A stretch of DNA of 64,000 nucleotides from Felis catus (taxonomy: Eukaryota): assembly GCF_018350175.1 (NCBI RefSeq), contig NC_058369.1:16928001-16992000 (forward strand), in the 5' to 3' direction. Under the pieces are notes generated by a model. That model was given only the letters and a program-made list of their open reading frames with translations, was not told where the DNA came from and did no database searches. Below, piece by piece: positions 13,146 through 24,382 of the stretch; position 1 is the stretch's first letter; every line of letters starts with the position of its first letter. Position numbers and translations under genes: made by a program.

Positions 13146-14115
13146 TGGTTAGGGGTGCCTGGGTGGCTCAGTCTGTTAAGTGTCCAACTTTGGCTCAGGT
13201 CACGATCTCGTGGTTCACGAGTTCAAGCCCCATGTCAGGCTCTGTGGTGACAGCTCAGAGCCTGGAGCTTGCTTCGGATTCTGTCTCTCCCTCTCTCTCT
13301 CTGCCCCTTCCCTGTTCACAGTCTGTCTCTCTCTCTCAAAAATAAACATTAAAAAAAATGTAATGGTTAAAATGATAAATTTTATGTTATGTATATTTTA
13401 TCACAATAAAAAAAACTCATCAAATAATTTAGAAAGGGGGTGCCTGGGTGGTTCAGTTGGTTAAGCATCCAACTCTTGATTTTTGACTCAGGTCATGATC
13501 TCATGGTTATGAGATCAAGCCCCATGTTGGGTTCCGTGCTGAGTGTGGAGCCGGCTTGGGATTCTCTCTCTGCTCCCTTGCTTGCACGCATGTATGCTCT
13601 CTCTCAAAGTAAAAAAAAAATAAACATTTTTTTAAATGTAAAAAAAATTAAAATTAAAAAGTTAAAAATAAAACAATTTAGAAAGAAAAAATGAAAATAT
13701 AAAAAGAGGAAGAGTGAAAGATACAGATGAAGCAAGAATGCCCTGAGTTAATTAGTCAATAACAGATATAACTGAAAATAGGCACACAAAAGCTCACTGC
13801 TCTCTGCTTTTGTATATATTTGAATTTTACCATAATAAACATTAATAAACAAGGAAGTCTTTGTAATGTGCGAAACCTTTTTAGAATTTATCCCCTTACA
13901 AAATTTAGCAAGAATGAATACGCAAGGTTCAAAGACCTTCCAACTGGCTGGCTTAGTTGGAAGAGCATGCAACTCTTGATCTGGGGGTTGGGAGTTTGAG
14001 CTCCACATTGGGTAGAGATTACTAAAAAAAATAAACTTAAAAAAAAAAAGGTTAAAAGACTTAAGCTTAAGGCCTAAAACTATAAAATTCTTTTCTTTAT
14101 GCTTTATTTATTATT

Positions 14116-14153
<38 letters not shown>

Positions 14154-15339
14154 CACGCACACAATCCCACAACCATGAGATCATGACCTGAGCCAAAATC
14201 AAGAGTTGGACACTCAACCAACTGAGCCACCCAGGCATCCTTATAAAATTCTTATAAGAAAACCTAGGGCAAGGGGCACCTGGCTGGCTCAGTTAACCTT
14301 AGAGTCATGAGTTCAAGCCCCATGTTGGGTGTAAGATAACTCAAAAAAAAAATGGCAAAAGCTTCACAACATTGGACTTGGCAATGATTTCTTGGATATG
14401 ACACTAAGGACACAGGCAAAAGAAAAAAAACAGATTGGACTTCTTAACAATGTTAAAATTGTGTGCACCAAAATACACCAGCAACAGAGTGAAAAGGCAG
14501 CACAAAGAATGGGAGAAAATATTTACAAATCAAGTACCTGGTAAGGGATTACTATCCAGCGTACACAGAGAACTCCTAAAACAACAAAAAAACAAACAAT
14601 CTGATGTAAAACTGGGCAAAGGACTTGAATAAACATTTCTCTACAGAAGATACACCAATGGCTAATAAGCACATAAAAAGATGCTCAACATCACTAACCA
14701 TTAGGGAAATGCAAATCAAGACTACAATGAGATATCATCTCACATCCACTACCATCAAAACAAAACAAAACCCCAGAAAATAACAAGTGCTGGCAAGGAT
14801 GTGGAGAAACTGGAAACCTTGTTCATCACTAGTGATAATGTAAAATGGTACAGCCACTGTGGAAAACTGTATGATGGTTCCTTAAAAAATTAATCAAAGA
14901 ATTACTATATGATCCAGCAATTCCATTTATGTATATACCCAAAACAGAAAACAGGAACTTGAATATTTGTACACCCATATCCATAACAGCATTATTCACA
15001 ATATACAAAAGGTACAAACAACCCAAATATCCATCACTGGATATATGGGTAAATAAAATGTGATATATAAATTCCATTTTAACACATGCTACAACATGGA
15101 TGAATCACGAGGACATCATGATAAATGAAATAGGCCAGTCACAAAAAGACAAATACTGTATGATTCCATTTATATGATGTACTTAGAGTAGACAAAATCA
15201 GAAAGTAGAATGGTGGTTGCCAGGGGCCTAGGGAAGAAGGGAATGGGAAGCTGTTCAATGGTATAGAGTCTTGGTTTTCCAAGATAAAGAGAAATGGGAG
15301 ATGAACGGTATTAATGGTTGCACATTATGAATTTATTTA

Positions 15340-15556
15340 TTTTTTTTAATTTTTTTTTCAACGTTTATTTATTTTTGGGACAGAGAGAGATCATGAACGA
15401 GGGAGGGGCAGAGAGAGAGGGAGACACAGAATCGGAAACAGGCTCCAGGCTCTGAGCCATCAGCCCAGAGCCTGACGCGGGGCTCGAACTCACGGACTGC
15501 GAGATCGTGACCTGGCTGAAGTCGGACGCTTAACCGACTGCGCCACCCAGGCGCCC
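15340..15556 (-). mobile_element. Young felid CAN-SINE
   Basis: Reverse complement of the same young consensus. 19-bp TSD CACATTATGAATTTATTTA (15321-15339 / 15557-15575). Confidence 0.95.
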
Positions 15557-17932
15557 CACATTATGAATTTATTTAAACCACTGAACTGTACACTTAAAAT
15601 GATTAAGATGACAAGTTTTATATATATTTACCACAATAAAAAAAATTAAACAACAAAAAAAGAAGGAGCACACAGGAGGGGGTGGGGGGGAGGAAGACAG
15701 GGCTAGGAGGGATTAAGTGTATTAGAAGGAAAGGAAATAGGAGGGGAACAGAGATTTGGTTACAATATAGTTACAGTAATGTTTAGAATAGGGATGAAAT
15801 GTGTTTTATATATATGTACATGTATCTGTGTCTATATATATATGTATATATATATATATATTTTTTTTTTTTTATGCAGGGAGACTTTTTTTTAACGTTT
15901 ATTTTCAAGAGACAGACAGAGACAGAGCATGAGCAAGGGAAAGGCAGGGAGAGAGAGAGAGACACAGAATCCGAAGCAGGCTCCAGGCTCCCAGCCGTCA
16001 GCACAGAGCCCGACGCGGGGCTAGAACTCACAAACTGTGAGATCACGACCTGAGCCAAATGTGGACACTCAACTGATTGAGCCACCCAGGTGCCCCAAAT
16101 GTGTTATATATGTTATGGTATAATCTAAAAGAGCAAAATAACTAGACATTAAAAAGAACATCATAAGCCAAAAGTAACCTTAATATAGAAAATACAAACC
16201 ATAGAACTCTGAGTACAAATCAGACTCTGAACTCCCAAATAGCCAATGCAAAGAGGGAACCATTACTGACTTAGTTCACACTATACTTTAGACAAAATCA
16301 AAACAGTGGCTTCGAAGAGGCACAGTCATTCCAAGCATTAAACCTCAAGGAAATTCCAGTAGGCCTCAGAGATTTTCTTAGGGACTTCTCACACAGATCT
16401 CCATGCAAGCTGCTGGGACCATGCAAAGTCAGTTTACTAAAAAACAATTGGAGGAGGGGCCAAAATTATGTTGCCTCCTAATGATCTGGCTTCACTCAAA
16501 GACAAAACACTGCCCAGAACATGTGCATTGAAACACCTTCCAGCACAGTCTCACGAATGTTTTCTCACAGTTGTGCTTGGGATGGCATTTGGGAAGTGAA
16601 AAATTCAAGATTATCCTCCCTGACAGGAATATGAGATGCAACATTCTCTGTTGTTTGCTAAAGGCAGGTCTTGATGTTTCCAACAGTTACTGGTGAAGGG
16701 ATGACAAATCAGAATGAACGTCCACATCCAACCAGAGGTCAGGACTGAAAGAAAGCACCTAATCACCCCATGGAGATGAGGCGGCATCTACATGAGCTGG
16801 TAGAGAGAAGAGTTGGGTACATCATTTTGGGGAAGATCATGAGAGCAGGGAGCTACTAAAGATTGTTGAAGAGGACCATGATTGGAGACTTTGAGTGATA
16901 GTGCAGTCTTCTGAAAGGTGCAATCCCAACCCACAGCCAAACACAGCAAGCTGCTCAAAGTTGAAAGTTACTGGGAAACATAAAAATAAATGAAATTTTA
17001 AGTTTAAAAAAACAAAAATGTGGGTCCCTGGGTGGCTCAGTCAGTTAAGTGTGTGACCTAAGCTCAGGTCATGATCTCGCACTCTATAGTTGGAGCCCCA
17101 CGTTGGGCTCTGTGCTGACAGCTCGGAGCCTGGAGCCTGCTTCGGATTGTGTGTCTCCCTTGCTCTCTGCCCCTCCCCTGCTCATGCACGCACTCTCTCT
17201 CAAAAATAAACATTAAAAAAATGTTTTAAATGCTGTAGAATAGGGGCGCCTGGGTGGCTCAGTCGGTTGAGCGGCCGACTTTGGCTCAGGTCATGATCTC
17301 ACGGTCCGTGAGTTTGAGCCCCGCGTCAGGCTCTGTGCTGACAGCTCAGAGCCTGGAGCCTGTTTCGGATTCTGTGTCTCCCTCTCTCTGACCCTCCCCT
17401 GTTCATGCTCTGTCTCTCCCTGTCTCAAAAATAAAACGTTAAAAAAAATTTTTTTTTAAATAAATGCTGTAGAATGGTGTTTTACATAAAATCATGTTTA
17501 CGCAATAACAAAAAATGGATACAAGACAGTATGATCTCATTATAGAGAAAGAACACGCGAGAACAAGAAAATGAGCAAGAATAAAGCCTGCCACTGGAAT
17601 TATAGAAAAAAAAAACCCTGTGCACATGCACACCTGCCTATTAACTGTTCTTCAACAGACAACTTGTATTTTTTAAACATCTCTAACCCTGCAACAAATT
17701 TAGAAATATAGGATTGCAGTAAAAAATAAAAATAGCAATATAATGAGAATGAAAGTCTCAACTGAGAATTGAGAATTATGACATCATCTAAAAATAATGA
17801 GAAAACTGGCTAAGAACAAGAGCCAGTTATGTACTTGGCAAAACTATAGTATACGACTAACGCTGATGGGATTCAATGTGAAACACGTAAATACTGGCAT
17901 CATGCTCTGGTTTTAGGTGCACTGTATGGAGC

Positions 17933-18100
17933 CATAGCTCTCAAAGTATAGTTCCCTAGACCAGCAGCAGCACCTGGTAACTTGTTTGAAATTCAAATTC
18001 CAAGGCCTAACTCTAAACTACAGAGTCAGGGACTGTAGTGAAGTGAGGTTAAAACCAGCCCTCCAGGTGACTCTGATTCACACTAAAGTAAGAACTGCTG
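17933..18100 (+). mobile_element. MER5A-like hAT-Charlie MITE
   Basis: ctctcaaagtatagttccctagaccagcagcagcacctggtaacttgtttgaaattcaaattc...ccctccaggtgactctgattcacactaaagtaagaactgctg matches the recalled MER5A layout. Confidence 0.75.
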
Positions 18101-19279
18101 GTATGAATCATGTCCCACCTGGATTAAAAATAAATAAATAAAAAGCTTGTCTAGCCAAAGAAATACAGTTTTTGCTCAAACCCCTTTCTGTTATTTTAAA
18201 CTGAACTCCTAAACATGCACTAATCTATTCAACTGTGAAATAAGATGGAAGTAACTTACATATATTTTTTAAATTAGAATTCTGGAATTTCTTGTTTTAA
18301 TATAATGCACCAATCACTGCAGAGGAGTGACCTGAAGAAAATCAAATCTAGTTTGTAAAAAGTGGTAAGGAATCAACGTATCTGGAATTTCAATATATCT
18401 AACTATCATCTAAAATTTGCAAATACTCTGAAGTTGCTTAACAGCTACGACTATTACAACTGCCACATTTACGTTAACTGATTGTTTTAGTGTCTCACTT
18501 CTGACATTAACAGGTTTAAAATAGAAGAGATTCAACAAAATTTTAATTTCTAAAGGGCTATCTCAGTTACTATAGCTTCAAACTTAAAACTGCTGCTATA
18601 TTTGAGACAAAGACCATTAAAATAACCATATCCTCTTTCACAAAATTGTAACTGCAACTTTTAAAATAATTTATAATTGGTTATTAATATGAAATACCAT
18701 TCTCCCTCTTTATGTGGAATCACACTGAACTTCATTAAACTTCCAACTCAGGAACAAATGATTAGCACAACACCTTACATATTTGATACAAATGCTAAAT
18801 ATCAAATCAGAGGTTTCCAAATGTTTTTGATTATGAAACCCCAACAAGAATTTGAGTAAACATCCCAATATATATATATTAGTACATGTTATATGTATAT
18901 ACTACTATATAGTGTACATCATAAAATAACCTAATAAAAATTAAGTAAAGCTAAAATAAACACGAAAGTCAGTTTTGATTTTTTTTTTCCTGAGACCTAT
19001 GTGCACCTTTGATGCATGCACTCCCCATCTTTGGACTCCACTGCAAAACTCATGTATGGGCCAGCAACCCTGCAAGCGTTCTCTGGCAGTGCCCCTGACC
19101 ACTCAAGAGGAAGCTGTCAAATGCAGGACCGAACTGCAGTCTACTTCCTGCTGAGTTCCACATCTGACACTTGGGTCTGTGATGCTGGCTTCTACCCTTC
19201 ACCCCATCACCTTCTTCTGCTACCTCTCACCTGCCAACAGGCAACGGAGGAGACTGTGAAGCCAGCAGGCGCAAGAAGA

Positions 19280-19510
19280 ACATAAAAGTACAGACTGTCG
19301 TCAAGCAAGCCTAGGTTTGCAGAGCCTGGGCTCTGCCTCTAACTCAGCAGGTGACCCGGGGCCAGGCAGATAACATCTGTAAAACTCATCATTAAAGGGG
19401 GTGATAACAGTATCATCTCCCCCGGTTACTACGATGATTAAGTGAGATAAGCTATTATTAGAGCACCTAACACAGTATCTAGACAGTACACATGTTCAAT
19501 AAATATTTCA
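19280..19510 (+). mobile_element. MIR SINE
   Basis: MIR core and tail: ...gtgacccggggccagg...catctgtaaa...gattaagtgagataa...gcacctaacacagtatctagacagtacacatgttcaataaatattt. Confidence 0.65.
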
Positions 19511-20551
19511 CTCAAAATTACTACTTCAGGCAGGGGGGGAAAAAAACACGTCACCTGGACTTTGTTTCATCAGCCAACTCAGGAAGGGAGCAAGTTAAGT
19601 TACAGTGGAAGTAGCTCAAGTAGCAGGGTCTGGCAGATCTGAAGGCCTGATCCACCACTTACAAGCTGGGTGACCCTGGAAATCCACTTTCTCTACGAGA
19701 GGCAACCTTCTCATCTGCTCAAATGGAAGTGATGACATAAACCGTATACAAAGTACCCGTCAGAGCCAATATAACTAACCCTGGCGACAGCAAATGACTA
19801 CCAATGGTGAGGTTAAACAAACATCACAGAAACCTAAGTGTCATTCCACGGTCCTTAAGACACATCCATGTGCATGGCTAGATACTAAGAGAGTAAGCAT
19901 CTCTAAAGTCTGCCGTCAAACATTAATAAATGCACGAGTACTGAACCCCACAGGCATGGTTTGCTTCCCAACTGGACAGTTTACTTGCTCAGGCAACTCA
20001 TAATGACCCCAGGCAACTCATATTCTTTCTGCCCGCTAGGAGTAGACTTTTTATCCACCCCACAACCGTAAACTAGTCTAGATTGCTGGGACGGTGGGGG
20101 GGGGGGGGGGGATACCAATGATTATAAAGCACATGGGGACCTCAGGAGACATGCTGCTTTTGCACAACAGCAAAAAAAGAGAGAGACAGAGAGAGACAGA
20201 GAAAAAGAGCTCTCAAACACCCAATTAGTTCATAATAAATGAGAAGTAATGCTTTCAATCTATGACCAAAAGAATATTAAGATACATTTATATTTTGTTT
20301 TTTACATCATGTGCTTAGTGCGAATGCTCCAAATGTGTAAAAACACCTTAAAACCAAAACTATATTAACATTCACTTAGAAATATACAGGTCAGGGGCAC
20401 CTGGGTGGCAGTTAAGCATCTGACTTCAGCTCAGGTCATGATCTGGCAGTTGGTGAGTTCGAGCCCTACGTTGGGCTCTGTGCTGACAGCTCAGAGCCTG
20501 GAGCCTGTTTTAGATTCTGTGTCTCCCTCCCTCTCCCCCTCCCCCCCCCCA

Positions 20552-20603
<52 letters not shown>

Positions 20604-21419
20604 CGAAAATGAATAAATGTTCAAAAACAATATACAGATCAGATGGCAACTACTCTTGTGGTGAGCAAAACATAGGAAGTTCAATCACTGTTGTACATCT
20701 GAAAATAATGTAACATTGCAAGTCAACCATACTCCAAAAAATTTTTATCTTAAAATGTGGCACTGTAAAAAAAGGAAAAGAAATAGTTCATCATTTAAGC
20801 AGCATTCAGGAACACTAGGGTGTGTTCGGCACTAACCAGACATCCTTGACCCTAGCCTTCAATCTTAGCACGATATCCCGAGACAGCAGCACACCAATAA
20901 GCCACCATATAACCAAACTCCGCAAAAGGTCTGGTCGGATAAAAGAAACACAAATCTAACATCATTAAGTAAACCTTTCGTAGGTCTTTTTCACAAATAT
21001 TATCACAAAATCCCCAAAGAGTGTAATCACGCAGGTCTGATTGTCACCACAAGAGGTGGGACAGCCAGAAGCCAGACCGAGGAGAACTCCTCCCAGAACC
21101 CCCACAGGGACCCGCCGCCCCCTCCGGCCAACAGCATTTCCACCTGTACAACTTTCTGCGATTCAAACGGTCCAGGCTCCCTGCAACCGTGACATTATAA
21201 TCCTGTACGATATACTAAGGTAATAATAAACACGAAGCAACACGGTAAACACAGGCAACGTGATTGAGCAAAGTTTGGGCTTCGGCAAAACATAAAACTA
21301 GAAGCCAAGCAAAACCCAGCAAAGAAGCTACGTGTTGCCTCAAAACCAGAGAGCCCAAAAGAGACAGGAGTGGACAGCATGCTCTCCCCCGCACTCTAGA
21401 AAACCCAGACAGCCCCAAA

Positions 21420-22110
21420 GCAGGTTCTAGAAGCGGCGGCTTCCCGGGACCGCGGGCCAGGGGCCGGCCGCAACGGCGAGACCCCCTCCCCCGGCAGTGG
21501 TCACGCGGGACCAGGGGCTGGGTGGGGGCACGGGCGCGCGGGCGGGGGCGCGGCCCGGGTGGGGGTGGGGACGCGGCGGCCCGGCCCCCCTCTCCGGGCT
21601 GCGGTCTCCCGGCCCGCACGGCTGCTGGACAGCGCCCACGCCCGCGCGCCAGTGCCCCCGGCGGTCCCCACCCCCGACTTCCCGGGACCGCGCGGCCGGA
21701 GGCCCGAGCCCGAGCCCGTGGACAGGCGCCGTGGGGACACGCGCGGCGGTACCTGTGGCGGCAGCAGCTCCCAGGCGGCGGTGGCGGCGGCGGCGGCGGG
21801 GGCGGGGCGCGGCGTGCGCGCTCCCGGCCCGTGGTCCGGTGCGTGGTGCCCGCCCTCTCTATGCCGGCCGCCGGGCGCCCGCGCAGCTCTCCGCCCCTTC
21901 ACCTCTCACCTCCTACCTTTCCCCTCCCGCCCTCACCGCCCTCCGCACGTGCTCCAGAGGCGCGCACATGCGTAGTCGAGCCCCGCCCGCGGCTCCCGCT
22001 TGCCCCCTGGCGGACGCCCGCCACAACACACAGAGGGAGGGAGAAGTGGCGGTCCTGGGCTGGGCGGGGCGGAGCGGGGCGGGGCGTGAAGATGGGGCAG
22101 GGCCCTGAGG
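21420..22110. promoter_or_regulatory. SCAP: CpG-island promoter, probably SCAP, transcribed on the minus strand
   Basis: Very high GC/CpG density. Tandem GC boxes (GGGCGG at 22062-22086, CCCCGCCC at 21981), E-box CACGTG 21946-21951, NRF1-like GCGCACATGCG near 21962, CTCF-like TGCCCCCTGGCGG 22001-22013. Gene identity inferred from synteny with ELP6. Confidence 0.8.
21753..21930 (-). other. SCAP: Non-coding first exon (5'UTR), probably SCAP exon 1; 5' end approximate
   Basis: Minus strand reads ...GCCGCCGCC...TGGGAGCTGCTGCCGCCACAG|GTACCG with donor GT at 21752-21751. Resembles the human SCAP 5'UTR as I recall it. No SCAP coding exon lies in the window. Confidence 0.7.
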
Positions 22111-23792
22111 ACTGCACCAGGGCTTTTGACAGACAGCACCTTCCAGAGAATTTATCAAGAACGTGCACGAGATGCCTATGGCCCCGTTTGAAACAGCGAT
22201 AAATTAAAAACAACCATGCAGATGCACAACAAATACATATGGCTGGAATAACTTCTGTCCATAAAACAGATTTCCCTACAGCCTTTTTAAAGGATAAGTT
22301 TTATGAATATTTACTGATGTTGAAACCTGTTCTTGAAAGATGGTTCAAAATGAGCTGTACAGTACGATCTCATTTCTGTGAAAAGTCATCCACAGAGAAG
22401 GAAGGCTCTGGGTGCTGCTGATGTGTGGTGGGCAGATATGATTGAGTGGCGGGCGGGTTTAGGGTGCTGGGCTTTTCTATCCGCCGAGGGGCATTTAACC
22501 ATTCATTTTACACATACTATGTGTCTTTGTTGGAACCGCACATCTGCGTCTACTGAGTTTTTTACTATGTGCCGGGTGCTGAGCTGAGCATTCATCTGAG
22601 CGTCCCGAAAGCCCTTACGTAGGGCTCCTTACTGGGTCTCACACAAGCGGAACAGGAGGGGCCTTCGCCCGCGCTGGGGACACAGCCCAGCGCTGACCAT
22701 CCCGGGATGCTGCGTGCTGCGACTGCCCGGGGCCCACGCGCAGGGACCTGGATCGCACCCCCTTCGCCCTCGAGTGCCAGGGGTCGGCCCCGCCCCCACC
22801 CTGCTGCCCTAGGCACGCTCAGCTCAGCCGCACCCACCCCGGGGCGGATCCTGATCCAGCCCTCAGGAGCGGATGGGACAATGCAAGATGGGACTCCAGC
22901 CCCCAGCCCCTCCTAAGCCTTCTTCAAAGAGTCATACTCCTCTCTCACGCCCATTCATTTCCACTGGACTCTGGACCGCCTCTCCAAGGCCGCCTAAGGC
23001 TTGCCTCCCTCCCTGCCCCACCACACTATTGTCACAGGGAAATTAAACAATAGTGAGGACAAGTGGCCTAGGCCCAAAGTGACCTTAAAGATTTTGCCCT
23101 GTATTCAGGATTAGTTTCTGGCTTTAGATGGGAATTTTTATTCTATGAAGAATTTGTTTTTGGTTTTATTTTTATGTGTTTTTTTTTTATAACGTGAAGG
23201 TCCCTTACTGGTACTGTTTCCATGAGTGGCCGAGACCAGGGGGAAAGGGATAGGGAAACACACGTCTTGCTTGTTTTTAAATTAGAGAGAGAGGAGGGCA
23301 CCTGGGTAGCTCAGTTGGTTGAGCACCTGACTTTGGCTCAGGGCATGATCTCACACTTCGTGAATACAAGCCCCACATGGGCTCACTGCTATCACTGCAG
23401 AGCTGGCTTCAGATCATCTGTCCCTCTCTCTCTCTCTGCCCCTCCCCCCTCATGCTCTCAAAAATAAATGATAAAAAGCAATTTAAAAACAAATAAATTA
23501 GAGGCCACAATGGGCAGCAGCGTGGAGAGCCTTACCTACATCCCTCATCCATTCTCACATCACTCTCTACACATCTGGCCCTTGAAATGCCATCCTCTGG
23601 CCCCTCAGAAACCTTGAGCAAGAGGGATCCCACTTATCCTTCAGCTGTTCCTTCTCTCTCTCCACTGTCTCATTCCTTTTGGCAAAAATAAAGTCTATCC
23701 AGTTTATTTTTAGTTTTCTTGGTGAAGCTACTGTGACCCTGCATGACTCAGTCCCAATCCTTTCCTTTTACTGCCAAGTTTCTACAAAGAAT

Positions 23793-23950
23793 GTGGTTCC
23801 AAACTTGCCTTACAGCAGAATCACCTGGGGAATATTTAAAGTTAAATCTGTCTTCCTGAGCCCTATCCTAGGCACACTGGATCAGAGTCCACTCCAGAGA
23901 GGGGGAGGAGCCTGCCTTTTCACAACCCCCATTATAGAGACTGAGACTGT
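23793..23950 (+). mobile_element. MER5-family DNA transposon remnant
   Basis: gtggttccaaacttgcct...agaatcacctggggaatatttaaa...ctgagccctatcctagg...gatcagagtc. Confidence 0.55.
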
Positions 23951-24333
23951 CTTTTGGGAAGTGCTGTCACCCCCCCACCCTTCTTCACCAACCCCTCCCC
24001 ACCCAAACACTCCACCAAACCTGTGTCTGCAGGGGACTGACTCTCAGCAAGGTCTGGACACTGCCTCCAAAAACAAGAGCCTCCAAAACGGACGAGCACT
24101 TAGCTAAGCGTCTATGTACCTTGCAGCACCCACTGCCGAGAGTCCTTCATGGCTGGGAGCTGAGGTTCTTGGGCTCCTGGTGAAGCTGCTCCCTAGGAGT
24201 GGAATGCAGTGGTCATGATTTTTGGGCTCCTCCAACATTTTATTATGAAAACAGAGAAAAGTTGAAAGGACCACACAGTTAACAACTATATACCCTAGAG
24301 CTGTTAATGTTTTGCTTAGTATCTTATACCTAT

Positions 24334-24336
<3 letters not shown>

Positions 24337-24380
<44 letters not shown>
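24337..24380. repeat. (AC)22 microsatellite
   Basis: Direct reading. Confidence 0.95.

Positions 24381-24382
<2 letters not shown>

Larger units (their letters stand above)
11080..15650 (+). mobile_element. Two successive L1MB-like ORF2 3' ends/3'UTRs, heavily interrupted by SINEs
   Basis: Motifs ggtgctgggaaaactgg, gtatgattccacttata and ccactgaactgtacacttaaaat; terminal ...cacaataaaaaa at about 13410 and 15640. Confidence 0.75.

Noticed and set aside
20096..20111. G16 homopolymer (also C14 at 47881-47894)
   Set aside because: Simple homopolymers with error-prone length and no supporting context.
21215..22213. Overlapping long ORFs (312, 203, 138, 134 aa) over the CpG island
   Set aside because: Gly/Arg/Pro/Ala-rich frames on both strands, as expected from stop-codon scarcity in very GC-rich DNA; no recognisable domain.
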